A stretch of 58,862 bases of DNA, counting the filler, from Porpidia crustulata (Eukaryota), in NCBI GenBank assembly GCA_964255105.1. It is 4 parts of 4 records of this genome, joined end to end, with 100 filler letters (N's around TTAATTAATTAA, not from the genome) between each part and the next. Parts side by side here need not be neighbours in the genome. Positions count along the whole stretch, not along the records: positions 44,247 to 58,862 come from CAXUWE010000367.1; 3 more parts are not named here. One strand, 5' to 3'. The position numbers were made by a program, and so were the translations under genes. Below are positions 49,021-58,862 of the stretch, in pieces. Positions within the stretch are counted from its first letter, which is position 1, and every line of letters begins with the position of its first letter. The notes beneath the pieces are model-generated. The model did not search any database. It had not been told where the DNA came from and saw only the letters and a list, made by a program, of their open reading frames with translations.

Positions 49021-51531
49021 TTACGCTTTCGTTTCGTCCAACTCGCCATCGCCAGGTGCATCGTTGAATTGAGACGACTCTTGCGGTCCAACAGCGTCGG
49101 TCTTATGTTGGTTCTTTTGATACTCGTTGAAAACAGCAAGTGCTTCATTGACCTTCTCGTTGAGTTTGTCGTTGTCGTTGATCCTGTGTCCGTCAGCTGG
49201 GCACACAAATGGTGCAGAGAATTTAAATACTCACAATCCAATCAATTCCGAATTGTCCATCTCCAAGAGCATGCCTGTAATCTTACCGGCCAGATCTGGC
49301 TGAATGATCTGGATCTTAGGGTACAAAGCCTCACCGAGCAGCTGCTTCTGTTGATTGGACGGTGCTGAACTTAGAGCCTCGACACTCGTGGGTACAGTAC
49401 CAGGGACGCTGGGCGGCATCATGCCGGGCTGACCCATTCCTGGGATCATACCACGACCTTGTTGGGGTAATCCGCCCATCTGACCAGGTGGCATACCCAT
49501 ACCCATTCCCATCCCCATTCCTATATTCAAACCACCACGGCCGGGTGGTGCTTGGAATTGCTGAGGCCGTCCATCCCGCCCACGCATGCCTTGGAGTCCT
49601 ATCATCTGTTGCGGGATGCCCTGCATGCCTTGGACACCCGGCATCTGTCCACGACCGCCTTGTCCACCTCGGCCTAGTTGAGCTTGTACTTGAGCAAGAG
49701 CTTGAGGATAACCCATTGAATTGGGAAAGCCGCCGGGACCACCTTGAGGCATGGCGCCAAACGGCGGCATTCCGAAAGCGTTCGGCGGGACTTGCTGTGC
49801 ACCGGTCATAGCGCCCCGGCCAGCTTGCTGAGGCGGTAAGCCGGCAAATTGTCCTCCGCGGCCGCTGGGCATCCCAGGTAGCATCATACCTTGCTGAGGC
49901 GCAAACGGTATGGCACGGCCTGCAGCTGCGTTTGGGGCAATCATACCAGGCTGTTGGCCAGGACCATAGAACATCGTAGGTTGCATATACTGTTGCGGCG
50001 GCATTCCAGCTGCAGCGGCAGCCTGCTGCATCCGGACCTGGTTACGAGCTTGAATGCTTGCCTCGAGTTGGTTCTTGCGGACATCTTTGCGTTGGGCCAA
50101 AGCAACGTACAGAGGCTTGCCATTGACCATCTTCTGGTTGTAATCGGTGACGGCCTTTGTGGCTTCGTCTGGATTACTAAAGCACACGAACCCGAAGCCT
50201 TTGCTCTTGCCTAGTGTCTTTTTCGTAGGCTTGATATTCTCTTTCTTGGCGCCGTCATCAGCCCCGTCCTCTTTCTTCTCGTTATCATCCTCTTCGCCTT
50301 CTTTGTCGGATACCTTATTTTCTTTCTCTTTCTCACTACCTGGAGACTCGCTACGCTCGAGACCAGTCTCACGCATGACCTTTGCCGAGGTAATCGATCC
50401 TGCAGTAGCAAAGATCTCGCGAAGTTTGTCGTCGTCAACATCATCTTCCAAATTCTTGACGTAGAGATTCACTCCCTGATATTTAGAAGCCTTCTCAACA
50501 CGAGCTGCCTCATGCTGCTTCCGGAGTTCCTCCTCGCGCTCGTGCTTCTTCTGCGCACGACCGACGTACAGGTTCTGACCTTTGAAGTCTTTGTCATGCA
50601 ATTTATCCACGGCAGTCGAAGCATCCTCATGCTTGATGTAATTGACGAAGCCAAAGCCACGGCTCTTCCCTGTGTCATCCCGAGCGATCGAGGCGGATGT
50701 GATGTCCCCATACTTTTCGAACAAATCGCGAAAGTCATCATCTGTGACCTCGGGTTCAATGTTCTTGACGTAAATATTAGTGAAATTCGCCTTCATCTCG
50801 TCGAATTTGCTATCCCGATCTTTTCTGGGGATGTGGTGCCCCACAAAGACTTTCTTTTCGTTTAACAACATGCCATTCACATGCTTGATAGCATTCGTAG
50901 CTGCCTCGCCAGTCTCGTAGTGTACAAATCCGTACCCTTTAGAGTTGCCAAACTCATCTTGTGCGACCTTGCAACTTAGGATATTGCCAAAGGCCGCAAA
51001 TGTGTCATGTAGAGCCTTGTTGTCAATAGCAGTGTCTAAATTCTTGATGAAAACATTGCCTTGTCCGGTCTTCCGCAAGGCCGGATCGCGCTGGGACCAC
51101 ATAATACGACACGGACGACCCTTGATTATAGTGTAATTCAGCTCCTCTAATGCTCGCTCTCCATCAGCAGTGTTATTGTAGTTGACGTAGGCGTAGCCGA
51201 GGGAGCGACGGGTGACAGCATCACGACAGACACGGATTGATGCGACTTGACCAATGGAGGAAAAAAGCTCAAACAGCATAGCTTCGGTCACTGCTGGATC
51301 AAGTTCGCCAACGTAAAGTGAAGCTGAATGCGGCTGGTTTGCTCCACCTGGGACAGCAGAGCTTGGGGTTTGAGCAGCGTCAGGGTCAATCGGAGATTGA
51401 ACGCCTCCGACGCTGGTGTCGATTGTAGTGCCATTACCTGCAATACCGTTGGGAGCTGAAGTCGACTTGTCCTCGATAGAAAGATTCTCCAACGATGGAG
51501 GCGCTGCGCTGGGGGCATCCTCAGCAGACAT
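49021..51531 (-). CDS. PAB1: Polyadenylate-binding protein
   Basis: Four RRMs ([64 protein letters not shown]) and a PABC/MLLE domain ([22 protein letters not shown]). There is a short last exon and a 5'UTR intron at 51643..51541. Confidence 0.98.
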
Positions 51532-52473
51532 GATTACAAACTATGAAGGGAGGATCGTCAGCATGGGCGGAAGGTAGCAAATAGCAAGTGGTGTCGTGGG
51601 ATCAAAGAAGGCCCGAATAAAGAAGTGGTTTCTGCGAACGTACTTGTCTTTGTTATGTGATTTCAAACTGGTTGAGGATTGAACTGATGATAAACCCTAG
51701 ACTGAGACCATTAGCTGAAGTTCTTCAGGGTCTGATAAAATGTTGATAACGCTGGCCGAAGCTTCGGGGCAGTATCGCGTGCCTTGCCAGTCCTAATTTG
51801 TGGTATTACTCACTAATGCCTTGATGTGTCTGATTTTCCCGGTTTTTCAACTTTTTTTGAGGTTTCACGAGGGTTTTCTGGTAGGGGAGGGTGCAAAGGT
51901 ACAAACACAAATCAAATGATGACAACAGATTGTGTTGATGCAGGTGGTTGAGCTTGCTCCGGAAAAGTGAGGAAAGTTTTGGTGAAGGGAAATTCTACTA
52001 GCGTAACTTCGCTACGGTGGACAAGACCGTCGTCAAGCGCCAGCCCTAACTGTGAGTCGGATTCGCCTTCCCATAAGTACTTAACAACTACAATCACTTA
52101 GGGCCCTTTCCTCACCAAAACAATTCATTCCGAAACGATTGATCCTCCTCGATCAGGAAGTCGCAAATCTCCAGGCATATTCCAGCTACACTGTGGGCAG
52201 GTTGTGCAGGGACATCCATCTGACATAGTCCTACTACGGTTATTTGGATTCTTTCCCTTAAAAGCTATCTTATGCAGCATCTGCATAATCCCAATCAAGT
52301 GATGTGTGGGAGTCACGCCAAGATCTGAGTTGTACAATGTTGGAACGAAGGATTAGACCTAGGATCAATGGCCAGAAGGAGACGCGTTTCTTATTTCATC
52401 ATTAAGTTTCCGAGTACTTATGGCATGGCAAGATTTTGAGTTACAGGAAATCGATTTGATATTCGTTACCAAT

Positions 52474-52926
52474 CTAAATTTCTGGAATGTAGCTGTACCA
52501 ATTGCATATCTGCCCCAGTCGTACCTCTCTTCCATAATGCCCTCTTGAAGACTTGATATTTGTAACAGGTATCTCAAACTCTTTAGGGACGTGTACATCA
52601 TTATGATGGTCTTGTTTGAATCCTTTATATGAAGGAAACGACGTTACCGACCCTCCAAACAAGCCAGAGCCAGAATTCTCCATTTTAGGATTGTATCGAC
52701 GCGCATCCATGACGACCTTCCCGCTATTTCCGAGTTGTTGCTCAAGCTCCTCATAGTTGTGGACATCACTCCTAGAGCCTTGGTTGCTTTTACTATTCGA
52801 AGAAAACAATTTTGCAATCCCATCAAACAAGCTAAGATCCCCCAACCTAAAGGTGGATGGACGCGTTTTGTTGCATCTTGTCAAACGATCTTCACAATCG
52901 CTAACAAAATAACTAAGGTGAGCCAT
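52474..52926 (-). CDS. Hypothetical ORF or gene relic, 150 aa
   Basis: ATG-initiated ORF with no recognisable motif; the downstream frame is full of stops. Confidence 0.25.
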   Translation of the reverse strand: MAHLSYFVSDCEDRLTRCNKTRPSTFRLGDLSLFDGIAKLFSSNSKSNQGSRSDVHNYEELEQQLGNSGKVVMDARRYNPKMENSGSGLFGGSVTSFPSYKGFKQDHHNDVHVPKEFEIPVTNIKSSRGHYGREVRLGQICNWYSYIPEI

Positions 52927-53070
52927 AGGTTGACCACCAGCCTGTGCTTGAGACTCGCGCTTGCGGGCATCAAATAGAGCCGCTATTTCTCCCTATCGCG
53001 TACGCGGATCATAAGCTGGCCCATCAATGCCGGTCTAACTTAAAGTATCACACTCAGCAACATCTCCTTC

Positions 53071-54154
53071 TTAGCACGAGCAATGATCAATGAGGTTGCC
53101 ACAACCGTAGCAGAAATCCGTATAGCACTTAATACACCTGAAGATTGTCAATCATTAAGCTCGAATCAGGATGCGGGTGTGTGCCATACTGCATATCATT
53201 GCAACCCTCAATGCGCCCAATCCATATGCTACACTTAGGCCATTTTTTCCACCCGTTTTCCTGGGCTTCAGCCAAAAACTCTACTTCGGCAACGTCCCAC
53301 GAGCATTTCTTTCCAATGTGCGAGGCCTTTTTGCACAAAATACATGTGCTTGAGCCGCATCGTCCGCAACGAGCATTTTGACCTCGAAGCACAGGATGAG
53401 GTAAAATTAGAGCGCCACATGTAGGCGCTGAACAGTAAGTGCGAATTTGAACTGAGGACTTTTCCTGCTTCTTTTTGTATCTCTCGATGATATCCTTCTC
53501 CAGCGGGGACCTGCCGAAAGATGTGATCTTAGCTGGATCTACCTCTTTTCCACAGCAGCGGGGAGGGTAGGAACCTTCTTTCTTGATAGCCATCTCCAGC
53601 AATTTACAGAAACACCATTGGCACATCACATCCTTACACGGCAGAGTGTAACCGTGATAGTAGTCGGTAAAGTCTTTGCAACCGAGACACTCTTCGCTGA
53701 TTACATGTTGGTCGCCCCAAGCACATTCGAGGAAGATACAGCTGCTGTCATGCCTATTTCGAAGGAATTTGTGGTGACGCAACGACATGCATGGCTTTGC
53801 AAATCCACTGGAGAAGTCATTGTAGTCTCGGGCGACGTCAGAGGCTAGGCCGGCATCGATCGAAGTGAGGAATTCAAGAATCTCTGAGTTGGTAATGTTC
53901 TTTGAAGACTATTTCGAGCGACGCTCTAGAGATTCCAGCCGGGCTAGAGAGTCTACGCCTGATTCGCCACGATTGAACGCCTGGCTTGATGTTTGTGCTA
54001 GCTCGTTTGCATTGCGCTCCAAGTAGGCTTCTTCTTCTTCTTCTTCATTAGAACATGAGGAGCTAGATACTAGATTTCCAGGAGGTTTCACGTTTGCAAC
54101 ATCCCCCAGACGTGTGGAATCCGGACGTCGGGTGCCAAAGAAGTAGCTTAGCAT
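53071..54154 (-). pseudogene. Degenerate RBR (RING-IBR-RING) E3 ligase-like gene with an in-frame TAG at 53911-53909
   Basis: RING1 CLGC..LPCKDVMCQWC..YPPRCC, IBR RTYCSAPTC..CGRC..TCILCKKASH, and RING2 GWKKWPKC..RIEGCNDM|CIKCYTDFCYGC. The upstream ORF 53909..54223 is in the same frame. Confidence 0.75.
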
Positions 54155-54947
54155 TGTGCGCTGAAATCTAAATGTTTTGGAAAAAAGTCCTAACAGAAGT
54201 GCAGATACTGCTGTGGAAATCATAAAGATAACTTTTTATAGAGTATCAGCCGTCGTACTCAGACACATACTAGAACTTCCAGTCAACATTTTCATGAAAC
54301 ACATTCTTCCAGGCTCCAGGATTATGTGTTCGCCGCGGAATCGTGTCTTGACTAATAATGATATCAAAGAGTGAAGTTGTGAGGGAATGAAAAAGTGAAG
54401 ACGTAACAGACTACATGACTCACGAAGTGACAATATCAGACTTGGAAGGCCGTAATTTGACAGCTCGAATGCTAGAATAGGGGTTGTGCTTTGCTATACA
54501 GTGTAATTAATCGTATATTTCTGGATCTTTATTACAGGTCACAGAGCTAAAGCTATAATTTTGAAAATGCAAAGTAAGAAAGCAAGAATTGGTGAATGAT
54601 TGAGATATCGTTGTTTCTCCGCTCCATGAGCCTGCTTTTGTTGTTTAAATGGTAAAGGAGGTTCTATCGAAGCAGCAAATTCGTACTCCATGAAACCAGG
54701 GAGCTTGAAAGCAGTTATTTACGCAGTATGCTAGGTATTGTGTCCGGTTAGAAAGTGATTTTTCGAGGAGTGGAACCCGGAGCAAGTTTCTTTCATGAAT
54801 GGAACTAAAACACAGCGAGCTTGCGAGATTCCGAGAAACAGCATCATTCATTTTTAAAACGTAAAGTTAGTCCATGATTTCCAGCCCAGATCACAGCTAC
54901 CTTGACGCTTTTTCCTTCCTTTTCCTCGTCAGGCCGATTGTGATCCC

Positions 54948-55970
54948 TTATAATTTCGGGATAAACATCGGTGTCTCCTGCTTCCACTTCTGATAGTCCT
55001 TCCGATCCCCATATCTCTTATCATACTTCCCCTCACTCATCGGCACCCCGCTCACTTTCAACAGCAGAAATGTAACAAATGCCGGGCTCACGGCCGCCAT
55101 ACCCATGCCTAAGGCTCTGCCGCCCAGACCAGCGCCACCACTGAGGCCCATGGCCAAACTCGCACCACTGAAGCCCATACCGACCTGTCCAACATTACGG
55201 ACGAGCACGCCACCAGCCATCACGGCAATACCAGTCCACAAGGTGGCTTCCCCAAAGTAATTCGGATGTCGGGACTTGCTCCAGAGACCTCTGGTCAAGA
55301 ATTCTTCATTATGCTTCTTTGTCTTCTTCTCTTGCACCCACTTGTCCTTTTGCCTGTCTGCCACGACCTCGAAGCTCAAGCCCCCGACATAGAGTAATAA
55401 TCCAAGAACGTCGGTGAGCGCGACAGCGGCAGGCAACGCGCTGAAGAGTGTTGAGGGTACTGAATTGAGCGCGAGCACAGGCATCAAGCACAGTGTCACC
55501 CATGTTGCTTGCGCGAAGAAGGCGCCACCAAACTTGAGGGGGGAGTCTCGGATGTCATCGAATCGTGAATCATGCCCATCCTGTGATATCCTCCTGAACA
55601 AATAACTGCCCAGCCTCGTTGCCCATATCCCTACCGCGGCGCTCAAAACCGCTTGTCTCCAATTTATGCCCGCGCCAACCTGCCCGCTCAATGCGCCCAC
55701 GATGCTAGGCCACGCGGGTTTTGCGGTGTTCAAGGCAGCGGCAGCGGCACGGGCGCGGAGATGGGGCAGATAGAGGGAAAGGCCGACGCAGGAGAGGTAA
55801 GTGAGGGAGCCGGAGAGATCATAGAATTTCTCCGAGTGGGCTAGAATTGAAGGAAGAGCCGTGAGGCCTTGAAGAGAGTAGGCAAGGGCGATGGAGGGAA
55901 CGAGGGTGCTGAGGAATGGGGTGCGGAAGGTTGTTGCTTGGAGCAGGGTGGAAAGGACGGCCATTGTCAT
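54948..55970 (-). CDS. DUF1295 / steroid 5-alpha-reductase-like membrane protein
   Basis: EKFYDLSGSLTY, WATRLGSYLFRRI..DSRFD, FEVVADRQK, GLWSKSRHPNYFGE and LLKVSGVP. Confidence 0.92.
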   Translation of the reverse strand: MTMAVLSTLLQATTFRTPFLSTLVPSIALAYSLQGLTALPSILAHSEKFYDLSGSLTYLSCVGLSLYLPHLRARAAAAALNTAKPAWPSIVGALSGQVGAGINWRQAVLSAAVGIWATRLGSYLFRRISQDGHDSRFDDIRDSPLKFGGAFFAQATWVTLCLMPVLALNSVPSTLFSALPAAVALTDVLGLLLYVGGLSFEVVADRQKDKWVQEKKTKKHNEEFLTRGLWSKSRHPNYFGEATLWTGIAVMAGGVLVRNVGQVGMGFSGASLAMGLSGGAGLGGRALGMGMAAVSPAFVTFLLLKVSGVPMSEGKYDKRYGDRKDYQKWKQETPMFIPKL

Positions 55971-56450
55971 TTAAGATTGATGTGAGAGGTGGATATGGGT
56001 ACGATTGAGAGACGAAGGATAAGGTAGGCTTTATGATTGATATGAACACCTACCTACTCTACCTGTTCACATGTTTAAGATGCGTGGATGCCTGATTGAT
56101 GGAGTGACGACATTGCAGGTTGGTCGGGAAGTCGGGGGTATAACTTCACCGATCGCCGAGACGCTCGAACAGCGGCCCGTTTCCCGGACGAGCCGAAGGA
56201 TTGCACGGATTGTTAGAACTTCCTGTGCCTCCAGTGCCTCCTTCAGCTGAAGGGGGTGTTTCGTGTAGAAGGTGCCTTGCGTGCTTGCCACTTGGTCAGA
56301 TCTTATACTACTGTCCATTAACGATCATGTCTTGCGCAATACCTGACTAGTAAGCCTGTGCTATGTTCTGTTGTCTGAAGTTGAGTGACGCTAAACAACC
56401 TGCGCAAGACTCTGACACTACCAAGAGACTGGATCTCGTGAAATCTGGAA

Positions 56451-58346
56451 ATGGCCGATGGATGTTTTCTACCTGAAAGTGACGAAGATTGGGACAGGTC
56501 CCGAGTCTGGCAATGGAGTTGCTGGAGTCGAGACTTCTCCGACGTGACGGAGACTGGTCCGTTGATCTATGATTTTATCCGGATTTGGCAGAATGATCCT
56601 GTGAGTGAGCGTTTCCAATCGCCTGTGGATCGCAGGGAATGTGGTAACATCGAATGCTGATTGAAACGTTTATAAGAACGAGATTCCAAAGAAACAGAGC
56701 CATGTCCCCGACTCTCTTGCGGTGCGATGGGCCCGAAATCTCTCGAGTGAACTTGCACTCCAAAAGTTAAGGGACACGTACGAGAGGGATTTACTTCCAG
56801 GACACGTCACGTTACTGTGAGATGGTCCTCGTCACTTAGATGGAGTACTCCAATACTCAATACAATGCAGTGTTGCCGAGCTTGGTCATAAAGAGCCAAC
56901 ACAGCCCGAGAAGGTCATTCTAACATCAAGTGGAGGAGGTTCTGCCTTTTTTGCTAGAATTCTCGACTCTCTCAACATTGATCGGACTTTCCGGTCAACC
57001 TTATATAAATCACTCCCGGATTACCACGACTATGAATTCAATGGTGGATTTTGTGAGACTCCACCTATACTCTAGTTCGAGACATCTTTGTAAGACTTGG
57101 CCACTAATGGGCTAGCAGGCTACCATCTGAAATTTCCAAATCTTTATAGAGGCGATTTCGCACTCGCGGCATGGTTCAACGGTAACCTCGAATCCTTTCC
57201 TGTGTATCCGCGATTAGGGCAGATGAATGCCGTAGTCCTCGGTCTTTCAGAATCTAAACTCGGTGATGTGTTGATAGCGATTACCAAAGCCGAGTCCACT
57301 GTTGTGAGAACCGAGAATACACCACCATCGATTGTTGTCCACCCTTTCATGCTGATTACTGCCATACTCAACCGATTCTCCGAAGAAGACGGTATGTTTA
57401 TTAATAAGATCATTGACCGCTTGAGACTTTTACAGCATAAAATCAGCGCCGACGAAGCTTTGAGTATGGGAAACTTGAGCATAGAGCTGAACCAGCTTAG
57501 CTCGGATCTGCGGGCCATTCAGATGGGGAACGTCTACATGCAGAGTCTGACAAGAGCCATTCTTGTCTCGCCTTGTACAATCAAACATTCCAATAACACG
57601 AATTGTTCCTTGGCCGCACTAGCGAAGGATTCGGTGGTCGTGGATTCAAAGAAAGTGGGTTCAGAGAACGAAGCTGTAAAGAGGCAATGGGGATCATTAG
57701 TAGGACAATTCACCCAAATCATCAGCGATCTAGAAGCCTTGGGAGTCCGTTGCGAGGGGCGGAAGTTTGATATTGAATGTCTGCAAAAACAGATTGATAT
57801 AAATCTGAATGTGGTCAGTATCGATATCGATACTCATCACAAAATCCACTGATTCCTGCAAGGCTTACAATCTTCTCTCGCAAGAAGAGAATCGATGGAA
57901 TCGAATAATATCGCGGCAAATAGCATCGGATAGTAACGCTATGCATCACATAGCAATAGCCTCGAAACATATCGCAGAGGCGAGTAAGAGGGATAGTTAT
58001 GCGATGAAGACTATTGGTGAATATCTCCTTTTTGATTCGATTCATTCCCTTCATCCGGAGTACCTGGGCTTAAAGATAGAGCCCAAAACTAATATTTCAA
58101 GCAATCCTAACAACAATCTTCCTCCCCGGCACCTTTGTCTCGTCCCTCTTCAGCACCACGATTTTTGACTTCAAATCTTCACCAGTCGCAGTCTCCAGCA
58201 GCTTCTGGGTCTACTGGGCCGTCACCGTACCCTTGACGCTCTTGGTAATTGGAATATGGCGCTTGTGGGTGTATTCCCGCAACCGGCAGTCGCAGCTGGA
58301 GGCGAAAATGGGGTTGGATGAAGAAAAAACCATCAAGGGAGATTGA
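56451..58346 (+). CDS. Fungal CorA-like (Mg2+/Zn2+ transporter-related) membrane protein, about 6 exons
   Basis: Canonical introns give a continuous frame. The C-terminal signature is SKRDSYAMKTIA|ILTTIFLPGTFVSSLFSTTIFDF..SSFWVYWAVTVPLTLLVIGIWRLW, preceded by a coiled coil. Confidence 0.8.
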
Positions 58347-58862
58347 AGAAGTAGGACTGGTCGCCTTCGCAGCGATCTACGGTTACGACTACCCAACCGA
58401 TCCCGTTCACCTTCGCTCGATGAAAGTCGAAAAGAGCTACGACATACAATCCTAGGAATGTCGCAATACGCAAAACCCTCGTCCAGTCGAATCCGACCAC
58501 GCGGATGATTTCGGTACTTCAAGGTCTTCCCTTCGTCGAGATCTGAGGTCTAGATATTCTCACACAGGTAGCAAATACCGCGTCCGATACCAGCAATCGC
58601 CTATCCATCCCCAATTTTGAAGCCTTGCAAAATTGGTATAAAAGCTCATAATCACGATACTGCGAAAACATTCGGAGAGGCGAACAACAGAGGAAAAGAT
58701 GCGATAAGGTTGAACTAAAGGCTTGATAGTACCTGTGGATTCTGTGCTTATCTCGCACGCTGTGCTGAACGGGGGAGCAAGATCATAGTCCCGTACGTGG
58801 TTTTTCCTTTTCTCCGCTGCGATTCAAAGTACTATTCACTAACAATCATATATCAGGAGCCC

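Noticed and set aside
49494..49520. (CCCATN) hexamer repeat
   Set aside because: It simply encodes GMGMGMGM in the PAB1 linker.
56601..56680. TGA/TAA ending ORF 56451..56660 as premature stops
   Set aside because: They lie within a GTGAGT...GCTGAT...TAAG intron, and the spliced frame is open.
1..58862. Nuclear genetic-code reassignment of UGA to Trp
   Set aside because: The acyltransferase and ankyrin-like genes end in TGA, core genes use TGG for Trp and contain no internal TGA, and some lesions are TAG.
1..58862. tRNA, rRNA, CRISPR arrays or intact transposases
   Set aside because: None are recognisable by eye; covariance-model searches were not possible.

Overview
This is nuclear DNA of a filamentous ascomycete (GT-AG introns with CTRAY branch points, HET genes, a Zn2Cys6 factor). 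A lichen-forming fungus is plausible but not provable from the sequence. The window is not one locus. It is four contigs of 14662, 14646, 14638 and 14616 bp, in descending size, joined by 100-bp N44-TTAATTAATTAA-N44 linkers. Contig 1 is an accessory island: a SAM methyltransferase, an unknown membrane protein head-to-head with a HET-domain gene (a TA-flanked MITE lies between them), two more HET genes and an ankyrin-like gene. All but the methyltransferase carry lesions. Contig 2 holds a Clr5-like gene, leuB/LEU3, RPL23 and a hypothetical gene. Contig 3 holds the 5' part of POS5, a PlsC-type acyltransferase, CLA4 and two tandem paralogues of an unknown family. Contig 4 holds a large uncharacterised gene, PAB1, a degenerate RBR/IBR ligase, a DUF1295 gene and a CorA-like membrane protein. 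The most striking pattern is that several otherwise open accessory genes are interrupted by single sense-strand A residues where G is expected (TGA/TAG at Trp positions, an AT instead of GT donor, possibly ATA instead of ATG). This is either ordinary decay or restorative A-to-I mRNA editing.
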